A stretch of DNA of 64,000 bases from an uncultured Gammaproteobacteria bacterium (GTDB lineage Bacteria; Patescibacteriota; Patescibacteriia; UBA2591; CAYTBZ01): positions 13,660 through 77,659 of the forward strand of contig CAYTBZ010000002.1 of assembly GCA_964436275.1 (NCBI GenBank). The letters run 5' to 3'. The translations under genes were made by a program, and so were the position numbers. Positions 39,510 to 47,916 of this stretch are shown one piece after another. Position 1 is the first letter of the stretch. Every line of letters begins with the position of its first letter. The notes under the pieces were generated by a model. The model was not told the origin of the DNA. It saw only the letters and a program-made list of their open reading frames with translations, and did not search any database.

Positions 39510-40586
39510 ATGAAAATAGTTTTTGCTGGAGGAGGGACCTTTGGTTCAGTAATTCCTCTTTTAGCATTAGCAGAAAAAATTAAAGAAGAAACTTCTAAAG
39601 ATTCTTGTGAATTTCTTTGGTTAGGTACAAGAACCGGGCCGGAAAAATTTTTGATTAAAAATTATCAAATAAAATTTCAACCAATTTTTTCCGGAAAGTT
39701 TAGACGTTATTTTAGTTTTAAAAATATTTTAGATATTTTTAAAATTTTTATAGGATTTTTTCAATCTTTCTTTATTCTTCAGAAGTTTAAACCTGATGTT
39801 ATTGTCTCTGCTGGAGGATTTGTATCCTTTCCTGTCGTTATAGCCGGTTGGTGTTTAAAAATTCCCGCTCTTATTCATCAGCAAGATATTGTTCCTAGTT
39901 TAACTAATAAACTTTTATCCCCATTTGCTCAAAAAATAACTGTTGTTTTCGAGAAATCATTAAAGGATTTTCCCAGAAAAAAAACTATTTTAATAGGCAA
40001 CCCAGTGCGTCAAGAGATTTTTCAGGGTAAGAAAGAAAGGGCAATTTCCGGATTCCAATTAGAAAAAGATTTGCCAGTCATTTTGATTATTGGTGGAGGA
40101 ACTGGAGCTTTAAGAATAAATCAATTGGTTGTTCAGTCACTTCCTGAATTGGTTAAGTTTTGTCAGATTATTCATTTGACCGGAGGTAAATTAAAAAAAG
40201 AAGGATTAACTAAGTTTTCCCGTTATCATTCTTATGATTTTTTAACTGATAGAATGAAAGATGCTTTAGCTGCCGCTGATTTAGTTATTAGTCGGGCCGG
40301 TCTTTCTACATTAACCGAACTTTCTTTTTCGGGAAAACCAACTATTCTTATTCCTATTTCTAATTCTCATCAGGAGAAAAACGCCCAATATTTTCAAGAA
40401 AGGGGAGCAGCAGTTGTTTTACCTGAAAAAAATCTTACTCCAGACAAGTTTGTTGAAGAAATAAGAAAGATATTATTTGACCAGTCAAAATTAAATGAAT
40501 TATCAGAAAGGATTAAAACAATGATAAAATCAGGAGCAGAAGATAGAATGATTAAAATTATTTTTTCTTTAATCAAAAATGATTAA
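39510..40586 (+). CDS. murG: Lipid I GlcNAc transferase MurG
   Basis: GGGTFG, GGFVS, GNPVR, SRAG..T..E, HQEKNA; follows ftsW. Confidence 0.94.
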   Translation: MKIVFAGGGTFGSVIPLLALAEKIKEETSKDSCEFLWLGTRTGPEKFLIKNYQIKFQPIFSGKFRRYFSFKNILDIFKIFIGFFQSFFILQKFKPDVIVSAGGFVSFPVVIAGWCLKIPALIHQQDIVPSLTNKLLSPFAQKITVVFEKSLKDFPRKKTILIGNPVRQEIFQGKKERAISGFQLEKDLPVILIIGGGTGALRINQLVVQSLPELVKFCQIIHLTGGKLKKEGLTKFSRYHSYDFLTDRMKDALAAADLVISRAGLSTLTELSFSGKPTILIPISNSHQEKNAQYFQERGAAVVLPEKNLTPDKFVEEIRKILFDQSKLNELSERIKTMIKSGAEDRMIKIIFSLIKND

Positions 40587-41334
40587 GAAAAAGGATTCAA
40601 GAATCTATTTAGGAACTTCTGGTTGGATTTATGCTCATTGGTCAGGTATTTTTTACCCTTCAGAAATTTCTCAAAATAAATGGTTAGAATATTACACTCA
40701 ATATTTTGATACTGTAGAATTAAATTCTTCTTTTTACCATTTACCAAAAGAAAAGACGTTTATTAACTGGCGAAAAAGGACACCGCCTAATTTTTTATTT
40801 TCCTTAAAAGCAAGTCGTTACATTACCCATATTAAAAAGCTAAGAGAGACAAAAGATGCTTGGAAGAAATTCATTAAAAACGCTCAACTACTTAAAGAAA
40901 AGTTAGGACCTATTCTTTTTCAACTGCCTCCTTATTTAAAGATTGATTTAGAAGTTTTAGAGAAATTTTTAAAAACTCTTCCTCCAAAATATCGATATGT
41001 TTTTGAGCCAAGAAATAAAACCTGGTATTCTCCCTCAGTTTACCAATTATTTAAAAAATTTAATGTTAGTTTATGTATTTCTTCTACCCCGAATTATCCA
41101 TCAGCAGAGGTGATAACTTCAGATTTTCTTTATTTAAGATTACATGGAAGCAAAGAGTTATATAGTTCAAAATACACAACGAAAGAATTAACTTTTTTTG
41201 CTAAAAAAATTAAAAAATGGATAAAAAGTGGCTTGGATGTTTACGTTTATTTCGACAATGATGCTTTCGGTTATGCGGTTGAAAATGCTTTAGAATTAAA
41301 AGGTTTGCTTAAAGATTTTTTTGACCGAAAATAA
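40579..41334 (+). CDS. DUF72 (YecE) family protein
   Basis: GTSGW.Y.HW, VELNSSFY, LFQLPP, YLRLHG, YFDND. Confidence 0.92.
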   Translation: MIKKKDSRIYLGTSGWIYAHWSGIFYPSEISQNKWLEYYTQYFDTVELNSSFYHLPKEKTFINWRKRTPPNFLFSLKASRYITHIKKLRETKDAWKKFIKNAQLLKEKLGPILFQLPPYLKIDLEVLEKFLKTLPPKYRYVFEPRNKTWYSPSVYQLFKKFNVSLCISSTPNYPSAEVITSDFLYLRLHGSKELYSSKYTTKELTFFAKKIKKWIKSGLDVYVYFDNDAFGYAVENALELKGLLKDFFDRK

Positions 41335-41361
41335 TTTTTTTGTTATTCTAAAATTGGATTT

Positions 41362-42399
41362 ATGGGAAAAACAAAATTTTTTTGGCCAATCATTGGTCAT
41401 AAAAATATTATAAATTATTTAGAAAGTTCTCTAAAAAGAGGAAGGTTAAGTCATGCTTATTTATTCACTGGTCCTTCAGGAGTAGGGAAGACAATTGTGG
41501 CTAATTATTTTATCAAATCTCTTTTTTGCTTAAATAAAGAAAAGATTCCTTGTGAAAGATGTTTGTCTTGTCAGCAAATAGAGAAAGGAATTCACCCTGA
41601 TGTGATTTATTTAAAAAAAGAAAAAGAAAGAAAAGATATTACTATTGGTCAAATTCGTCAATTACAAAAATTTCTTTCTTTATCTCGATTATCTGGTAGC
41701 TATAAAGTTGCTTTAATTCAAGAGGCAGAACTTCTAAATAAAGAGGCAGCAAATTCTTTGTTAAAAACTATTGAAGAGCCAGCAGAAAAAGTGATAATTA
41801 TTTTAATCACCCAAGACATACATCGGATTGTTCCTACAATTGTCTCTCGTTGTCAAGTTATTCGTTTTTATCCCGTTTCTTCAAAAGAAATAGTTAAATT
41901 TTTAGAGAAAAAATATTCTTTAAAAAAGGGAGAGGCAGTCAATTTAGCTAATTTTTCTGGGGGGAGACCGGGGAAAATTATTTCTCTTTTAAATGAAGAA
42001 AGTGATTTTAAAAACTATCAAGAATTAATTGGCAGTTTTCTCAATCTTTTTGAAGAAGATTTGAGAGGACGATTAAAAACGATAAAAGAAATCAGAAGAA
42101 AAGATTTTCTTAATTCTAAGGAAATAAGCAGCCAATTTTTAGAAAAGCAGACCTTTTTTAAAGAAACAGTATCTTTTCTTATAGAGATAATTCGTGATTT
42201 AATTTTAATAAAACTGGATTTATCTTCTTTGCTAAAAAATTATTTTCTTAAAAGCAGATTGAAAAAAGTGGCTGAAAGCTATTCTTTAAAAGGTCTTATT
42301 AACTTACTAAGAGAGACCGAAAAGACAGGAGAATATTTAGAAATGAATGTTAATCCATCCTTGGCAATAGAAAATTTATTACTTAATTTTCAAAAATGA
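41362..42399 (+). CDS. holB: DNA polymerase III subunit delta'
   Basis: HAYLFTGPSGVGK, Zn motif, HPD, AANSLLKTIEEP, TIVSRC. Confidence 0.92.
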   Translation: MGKTKFFWPIIGHKNIINYLESSLKRGRLSHAYLFTGPSGVGKTIVANYFIKSLFCLNKEKIPCERCLSCQQIEKGIHPDVIYLKKEKERKDITIGQIRQLQKFLSLSRLSGSYKVALIQEAELLNKEAANSLLKTIEEPAEKVIIILITQDIHRIVPTIVSRCQVIRFYPVSSKEIVKFLEKKYSLKKGEAVNLANFSGGRPGKIISLLNEESDFKNYQELIGSFLNLFEEDLRGRLKTIKEIRRKDFLNSKEISSQFLEKQTFFKETVSFLIEIIRDLILIKLDLSSLLKNYFLKSRLKKVAESYSLKGLINLLRETEKTGEYLEMNVNPSLAIENLLLNFQK

Positions 42400-43475
42400 A
42401 AAAAAATTTACTTTTATTTATCAGTTTTCTTTTAATTCTTCCTCTAATCGGAGGGAGTTGTTTGGAAATTAAGATAAGAACGGGTAAAGCCGATGGAGGG
42501 GTATTTAAATCAGTAGATAAGGGAGAAACTTGGGAGCAAAAGGTTTTTGTTCGTCAGATAAAAAAGAAGAAAGTAGAAACTATTGGTTATGTTAATGTTT
42601 ATAAATTACGTTTTGACCCACAAAATAGCCAGACAGTTTACTTAGCCAGTCGTGAGGACGGACTTTATGTTACTTACAATGGCGGCGATAAATGGTATTA
42701 TCTTTCTCCTTTTAAAGGAAGAATAGATGATGTAGTTGTCCATCCTAAAAGTCGTAATATTATTTATCTTGCCCGAGGAAACAAAATTTATAAAACTACT
42801 AATGGAGGCGAAAGTTGGGGTAATGTTTATTTAGAATCATTGCCTAATCGGAGGATAAATTGTTTAGCAATTGATTCTTATGATCCAAAGAAGGTTTATG
42901 CTGGTATTTCTGATGGAAGATTGATTAGAAGTGTTGATGCTGGAGAAAGTTGGGAGGCCATTGCTAATTTTAAAGATAATATCGCTCAAATTTTGATTAA
43001 TAAAAATGATACGAGGATTATTTATGTAGCCACCTCTTCTACTGGAATATATAGAACAGCCGATAGAGGGAACACATGGCAAAATATAACCGTCAATGAC
43101 AAACGAGAAGATTTAAGGGAATTTCCCGGTATAAGAGAATTTAGAGCAGCTGTCTTTGATCAAACTAAATTTGATTCTTTAGTAATTGCTACCCGTTATG
43201 GTTTGTTAAGAACAGATAATGGAGGGAAAAGTTGGCAGGCATATAAATTACTTACCTTACCCGGAACAATATTAATTAATTCTTTAGCGGTTAATCCTAA
43301 AAATAATCAAGAAATTTACTATATTACTAATCACACTCTTTTTAAAACTGATGATGGAGGAGAAAATTGGGTAACTCGTGCTTTACCTACTTCAAGAATT
43401 GGTTGTGCCTTACTTGTTAATCCAGAACACCCTCAAATTCTTTTCTTAGGAGTGTATAAACCTAAAAAGAAATAA
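42396..43475 (+). CDS. Lipoprotein with BNR/Asp-box beta-propeller (YCF48/VPS10-like)
   Basis: Lipobox-like LIGGSC; about seven S/TxDxGxxW Asp boxes. Confidence 0.85.
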   Translation: MKKNLLLFISFLLILPLIGGSCLEIKIRTGKADGGVFKSVDKGETWEQKVFVRQIKKKKVETIGYVNVYKLRFDPQNSQTVYLASREDGLYVTYNGGDKWYYLSPFKGRIDDVVVHPKSRNIIYLARGNKIYKTTNGGESWGNVYLESLPNRRINCLAIDSYDPKKVYAGISDGRLIRSVDAGESWEAIANFKDNIAQILINKNDTRIIYVATSSTGIYRTADRGNTWQNITVNDKREDLREFPGIREFRAAVFDQTKFDSLVIATRYGLLRTDNGGKSWQAYKLLTLPGTILINSLAVNPKNNQEIYYITNHTLFKTDDGGENWVTRALPTSRIGCALLVNPEHPQILFLGVYKPKKK

Positions 43476-43496
43476 TTTATTATTAATAAAATATTT

Positions 43497-44507
43497 ATGG
43501 CAATAAGAATTGCTGTTAATGGCTTTGGCCGTATAGGCCGTCAAACAGTTAATATCATTTTTAATAAGCATCCTGAATTAGAATTAGTAGCTATTAACGA
43601 TTTAACTGATAACCAAACGCTGGCTCATTTATTTAAATATGATTCTCTTTATGGTCGTTATCCCGGAGAAGTGAGGGCAGAAAAGGATTATTTAATCATT
43701 GATGGTAAAAAGATTTTTGCTTTGTCAGAACGGGAACCAAGCAAATTACCTTGGAAAAAATTAGGCGTAGAAATAGTCATTGAAAGTACTGGTGTTTTTC
43801 GCACTTATGAACTTGCTCATCAGCACATTGAAGCAGGAGCAAAAAAAGTTATTATTTCCGCGCCGGGTAAGGGAAAAAGAGAAATTCCTGTTTTTGTTTT
43901 AGGGGTTAATGAGGATAAATATCGTCCTGAAGATATGGATGTGATTTGTATGGCTTCCTGCACAACTAATTGTTTAGCACCTATCTTAAAGGTTTTGATG
44001 GAAGAATTTGGTATAGAAAGGGCTTTTATGAGTACAGTTCATAGTTATACTAATGACCAGAAGTTATTAGACCTTCCTCATCATGATTTAAGACGGGCAA
44101 GAGCGGCTGCTCTCTCTATTATTCCAACAACAACCGGAGCAGCTACTGCAGCAGCCAAGACACTTCCTGAATTGTTGGGTAAAATAGATGGTATCTCTTT
44201 ACGGGTGCCTACCCCAGTAGTTTCCATTGTTGATTTAACTGTTCTCTTAAAAAGAGAAACGACAAAAGAAGAAGTAAATGATTGTTTTAAAAGAGCAGAA
44301 AAAGGGAAGTTAAAAGGAATTTTAGGAACATCAGAGGTCCCTCTTGTTTCAGTAGATTATCGCAAAGATCCTCGTTCTTCAATTGTTGACTTATCCTTAA
44401 CGATGGTTAATAAAAATCTAGTTAAAATTTGTTCTTGGTATGATAATGAATGGGGTTATTCTAATCGCTTGGCTGAATTTACCTCTTTTGTTGGCAAGAA
44501 ATTATAA
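43497..44507 (+). CDS. gap: Glyceraldehyde-3-phosphate dehydrogenase type I
   Basis: NGFGRIGR, ASCTTNCL, WYDNEWGY. Confidence 0.99.
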   Translation: MAIRIAVNGFGRIGRQTVNIIFNKHPELELVAINDLTDNQTLAHLFKYDSLYGRYPGEVRAEKDYLIIDGKKIFALSEREPSKLPWKKLGVEIVIESTGVFRTYELAHQHIEAGAKKVIISAPGKGKREIPVFVLGVNEDKYRPEDMDVICMASCTTNCLAPILKVLMEEFGIERAFMSTVHSYTNDQKLLDLPHHDLRRARAAALSIIPTTTGAATAAAKTLPELLGKIDGISLRVPTPVVSIVDLTVLLKRETTKEEVNDCFKRAEKGKLKGILGTSEVPLVSVDYRKDPRSSIVDLSLTMVNKNLVKICSWYDNEWGYSNRLAEFTSFVGKKL

Positions 44508-44533
44508 AAATAGTTATTCTGGTAAAAAATAAT

Positions 44534-44560
44534 AAACCCCTATCATAGATAGGGGTTTTT
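44534..44560. terminator. Bidirectional terminator after gap
   Basis: AAACCCCTATC-ata-GATAGGGGTTT. Confidence 0.8.
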
Positions 44561-44564
44561 GTTT

Positions 44565-44699
44565 TTAATTTTTTTTGCTCGCTTGCTTAGGGGGTTTACT
44601 AAGAGAAAAGAGTAGAATTATAAGAGAGAACCCACTAACACTTATAGCAACGCTTAAGCCAGTCACTATAGCCAGACCTTTAATTCCTGTTAAAATCAT
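44565..44699 (-). CDS. Small single-TM protein (44 aa; not in the ORF track)
   Basis: MILTGIKGLAIVTGLSVAISVSGFSLIILLFSLSKPPKQASKKN; SD AGGAGG; consensus promoter and terminator flank it. Confidence 0.7.
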   Translation of the reverse strand: MILTGIKGLAIVTGLSVAISVSGFSLIILLFSLSKPPKQASKKN

Positions 44700-44726
44700 C
44701 TTTTCCTCCTTCTCTAAGTTTATTTT

Positions 44727-44755
44727 ATTATAACATAAAATTATTTTAATGTCAA
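44727..44755 (-). promoter_or_regulatory. Perfect sigma70 promoter of the 44-aa ORF
   Basis: TTGACA-17 bp-TATAAT with extended TG. Confidence 0.75.
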
Positions 44756-44776
44756 GAGAGAATCTAACTCATTAAA

Positions 44777-44801
44777 AAAATCCCGTCATTGACGGGATTT
44801 T
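44777..44801. terminator. Terminator after lipoprotein gene 44805..45188
   Basis: AAAATCCCGTC-att-GACGGGATTTT. Confidence 0.8.
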
Positions 44802-44804
44802 AAT

Positions 44805-45188
44805 TTAATTGTTTTCTTCAGAAGGCGGATAAACAGGTACAGGCAGGGTATAATCAGCAATAACAGTAACTTTTTTTATCTCACTATAATAAATATGAGT
44901 TTCTGTCCTTAAACTATCAATAATAATTTTTTTCTCTAATATCTGGTATTCGTATTCTTTTCCTCCTTGCCCTTGAATAGTGCAGGGAAGATGATAAATA
45001 TCGCCCTGAAAGAGAATTTTTAAAGAGTCATATTCAGAATAATGGACTGGATAGAAATATAACCAACCAGGACTATCATCAAACAACCAAGGCGGATATG
45101 GTTCACCTTGTTGCTCGCAGCCAAGAAGAAATAGAAGTGATATCAGGAAAATTATTGATAAAAGAACGACAAAAAAATGTTTTTTCAT
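44805..45188 (-). CDS. Hypothetical lipoprotein
   Basis: MKK + hydrophobic core + LLGC lipobox; SD AGGAGGG. Confidence 0.75.
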   Translation of the reverse strand: MKKHFFVVLLSIIFLISLLFLLGCEQQGEPYPPWLFDDSPGWLYFYPVHYSEYDSLKILFQGDIYHLPCTIQGQGGKEYEYQILEKKIIIDSLRTETHIYYSEIKKVTVIADYTLPVPVYPPSEENN

Positions 45189-45341
45189 TTTTCCCTCCTA
45201 TTTTTTGGAGTTATATATTAATAAAATATAAGAAAAAGTCAAGTCCAATTATTTGGCAGTGGGCTTAGTTAGTGATAGGTATCATAGTTTATATTATTCA
45301 AAAGGGTGCGAGCGTTTAAAAATTTTGTTATAATTAAAACG

Positions 45342-47210
45342 ATGGCTTATCAAACAGAGAAAATTATTTATACTCTTTCCCAAGATATAAAGAAAATAGT
45401 AGAAACTTTTTATCCTAATTATTCTTGGGAGGATTTTGATTTTTCTTTGACTCAGCCGCCAAGAAAAGAGATGGGGGACTTTTCTTTTGCTTGTTTTAAT
45501 TTGGCTCAAAGAGTAGGGGGAAAACCTGAAGAGATTGCCAGAGTTTTGGCTGAAAAAATTAAGTCATCAAAATTTTTAGAAAGAGTTAATAACGTAGGTC
45601 CTTATTTAAATTTATTTTTAAAAAGGAATATTTTCTTTTCTTTTCTCCTTAAAGATATTTTAAGAAATGGGGAAAGTTATGGGAAAATAAAACTTGGTCA
45701 AGAAAAAATAATGGTTGAATATTCTTCTCCGAATACTAATAAGCCACTTCATTTAGGTCATTTACGAAACGATGTTTTAGGTATGGCTATAAGTAATTTA
45801 TTGGAGAACAGAGGATATAAAGTTATTCGAGCGAATTTAATTAATGACCGTGGAATTCATTTAGGCAAAGTAATGGTCGCCTATCAAATGGCTAAAGAAA
45901 AGAAATGGTTGAGAGCAAGTAAATTATTAGAGCAGAAAATAAAAGGCGACCACTTAGTCGGTAACCTATATGTATTTTTTGAAAAAAAATTAAACGAAGA
46001 GAAGAAAAAATTTTTAAAGAATAAAGGGATTATTTGGGATAAATTAACTAAGACAGAGAAAAAGGAAGTGGAATTAGAGTTCTTTAAAGAATCAAAACTT
46101 TATCAAAAAGCGCAGGAAATGTTAGATAAATGGGAAAAAGGAGACAAAAAAATAAGAAATTTAGCAAAAAAAATCAACCAACTTGCCTTATCTGGCTTAA
46201 AAGAAACTTACCAGAGAACAAAAACTAAGTTTGATAAATGGTATTTTGAAAGCAAAATTTATCAATTAGGTAAAAAAATAATTTACCAGGCATTAAAGAA
46301 AGGGTTATGTTATAAGAATGAAGAGGGAGCAATAGAGATTGATTTAGAAAAATATAATTTGGGAAAGAAAATTCTTGTTCGAAAAGACGGTACCTCGGTC
46401 TATATCACCCAAGACATTGGCTTGGCTAAGAAGAAATTTGATGATTACAATTTGACAAAGTCAATTTATATTGTAGCTAACGAGCAGGACTATCATTTTA
46501 AATTATTATTTAAAATTTTAGAAATTCTAGGTTATTCCTTTGCTAAAAAATGTTATCATCTTTCCTATGGAATGGTTTATTTGCCTGAAGGGAAAATGAA
46601 GTCCCGGGAAGGGAAAGTGGTTGAGGCTGACGAATTGTTGGATAAAATGCACAATTTAGCCAAAAGAGAAATTTTGAAAAGAGAGCAAAAAATTTCTTCT
46701 CAAGAATTAGAAAAAAGAGCAGAAAAAATTGGTCAGGCAGCAATTAAATTTTACTTATTGAATGTTTCTCCTAGTCAAGATATTTTTTTCCTTCCGGAAA
46801 AGTCAATTTCCTTTGACGGGGATAGCGGGCCATATCTTCAATATACTTTTGCTCGAATTAAAAGTATTTTTAGAAAGGGTAAAATAAAAAATTCATTCTT
46901 TTCTTCTCCTATTAAGAAAAATAAATTAAACAAAATAAGTTTAAAAGAGGAAGAATGGGAATTGACTAAATTGATTTACTCTTTTCCCGAGGTAGTAAGA
47001 AAGGCAGCAGATAATTATGCACCAAATTTAGTTACTGAATATCTTTTAAAATTAGCCGCCTGTTTTAACCGATTTTATCAAAAATATCCTGTTTTAAAAG
47101 CGCCTAATCAAGAAGAAAGAGAAATACGTCTTTATTTGATTAAGGGTGTAGAAATTGTTTTAAAAAGGAGTTTTCAATTACTTAATATTGACCTTTGTTC
47201 TAAAATGTGA
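45342..47210 (+). CDS. argS: Arginine--tRNA ligase
   Basis: EYSSPNTNKPLHLGH, KMKSREG, GPYLQY; ATG 45342 preferred over GTG 45306. Confidence 0.97.
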   Translation: MAYQTEKIIYTLSQDIKKIVETFYPNYSWEDFDFSLTQPPRKEMGDFSFACFNLAQRVGGKPEEIARVLAEKIKSSKFLERVNNVGPYLNLFLKRNIFFSFLLKDILRNGESYGKIKLGQEKIMVEYSSPNTNKPLHLGHLRNDVLGMAISNLLENRGYKVIRANLINDRGIHLGKVMVAYQMAKEKKWLRASKLLEQKIKGDHLVGNLYVFFEKKLNEEKKKFLKNKGIIWDKLTKTEKKEVELEFFKESKLYQKAQEMLDKWEKGDKKIRNLAKKINQLALSGLKETYQRTKTKFDKWYFESKIYQLGKKIIYQALKKGLCYKNEEGAIEIDLEKYNLGKKILVRKDGTSVYITQDIGLAKKKFDDYNLTKSIYIVANEQDYHFKLLFKILEILGYSFAKKCYHLSYGMVYLPEGKMKSREGKVVEADELLDKMHNLAKREILKREQKISSQELEKRAEKIGQAAIKFYLLNVSPSQDIFFLPEKSISFDGDSGPYLQYTFARIKSIFRKGKIKNSFFSSPIKKNKLNKISLKEEEWELTKLIYSFPEVVRKAADNYAPNLVTEYLLKLAACFNRFYQKYPVLKAPNQEEREIRLYLIKGVEIVLKRSFQLLNIDLCSKM

Positions 47211-47216
47211 TATAAT
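47188..47216 (+). promoter_or_regulatory. sigma70 promoter overlapping the argS 3' end
   Basis: TTGACC-17 bp-TATAAT with extended TG. Confidence 0.6.
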
Positions 47217-47233
47217 TAAATGATTTAAAAACT

Positions 47234-47902
47234 ATGAAAAAAATTATCTTAATTTTTCTTGTTTTTATCTTAAGCGTTTTTCTTTCAGGATGTCTAAAAC
47301 AAGAAGAATCATCTTTTTCTTTAAATCAAAATAAAATGTTTAAGCAAAAAGAAGAAAACTTAGTTTCCAAAACAAAGAGTGAAGAGAAACCAATTTTATT
47401 TATTCTTGCTCCAAAGAATTTTCGTTGGGAAGAATACTATGAGACAAGAAAAGTTTTAGAAGAAGGAGGAAAAAAAATAGAGATAGCCAGTCTGAATAAG
47501 GGATTTTTGAAAGGGTATCCTCAAGGAGAAGCAAAAGCTGATTTGACTTTAGAAGAAGTTAAGGTAGGGGATTATCAAGCAATCGTTTTTATTGGTGGTA
47601 GTGGAGCAGTAGTTTATCAAGACAATTCTCGCGCTTTAGAAATTGCTCAGGAAGCGGTTAGAGAAAACAAGGTTTTAGCAGCTATCTGTATTGCCCCGAC
47701 TATTTTAGCCAAAGCCGGTGTTTTGAAGGGGAAAAAGGCAACTGTTTGGTCAAGTTCTTTTGACAAGAGTCCTATTAAAATTCTTCAAGAGAACGGTGCT
47801 TTTTATTTAGATGAAAAGGTAGTGAAAGACGGAAAAATTATTACGGCTAATGGGCCGGCAACTGCTTTAGAATTTGGTCAAACAATTTTATCTACTCTTT
47901 AA
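47234..47902 (+). CDS. DJ-1/PfpI family protein with lipoprotein signal
   Basis: LSGC lipobox; FRWEE, FIGGSG, AAICIAP (catalytic Cys), IITANGP. Confidence 0.85.
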   Translation: MKKIILIFLVFILSVFLSGCLKQEESSFSLNQNKMFKQKEENLVSKTKSEEKPILFILAPKNFRWEEYYETRKVLEEGGKKIEIASLNKGFLKGYPQGEAKADLTLEEVKVGDYQAIVFIGGSGAVVYQDNSRALEIAQEAVRENKVLAAICIAPTILAKAGVLKGKKATVWSSSFDKSPIKILQENGAFYLDEKVVKDGKIITANGPATALEFGQTILSTL

Positions 47903-47916
47903 TTAAGAATATTATT

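Noticed and set aside
1370-45341. ORF-track upstream starts at 1370, 2640, 13941, 15105, 33020 and 45306
   Set aside because: These TTG/GTG starts add non-homologous residues or fall in terminators, promoters or upstream genes; downstream ATGs fit better.
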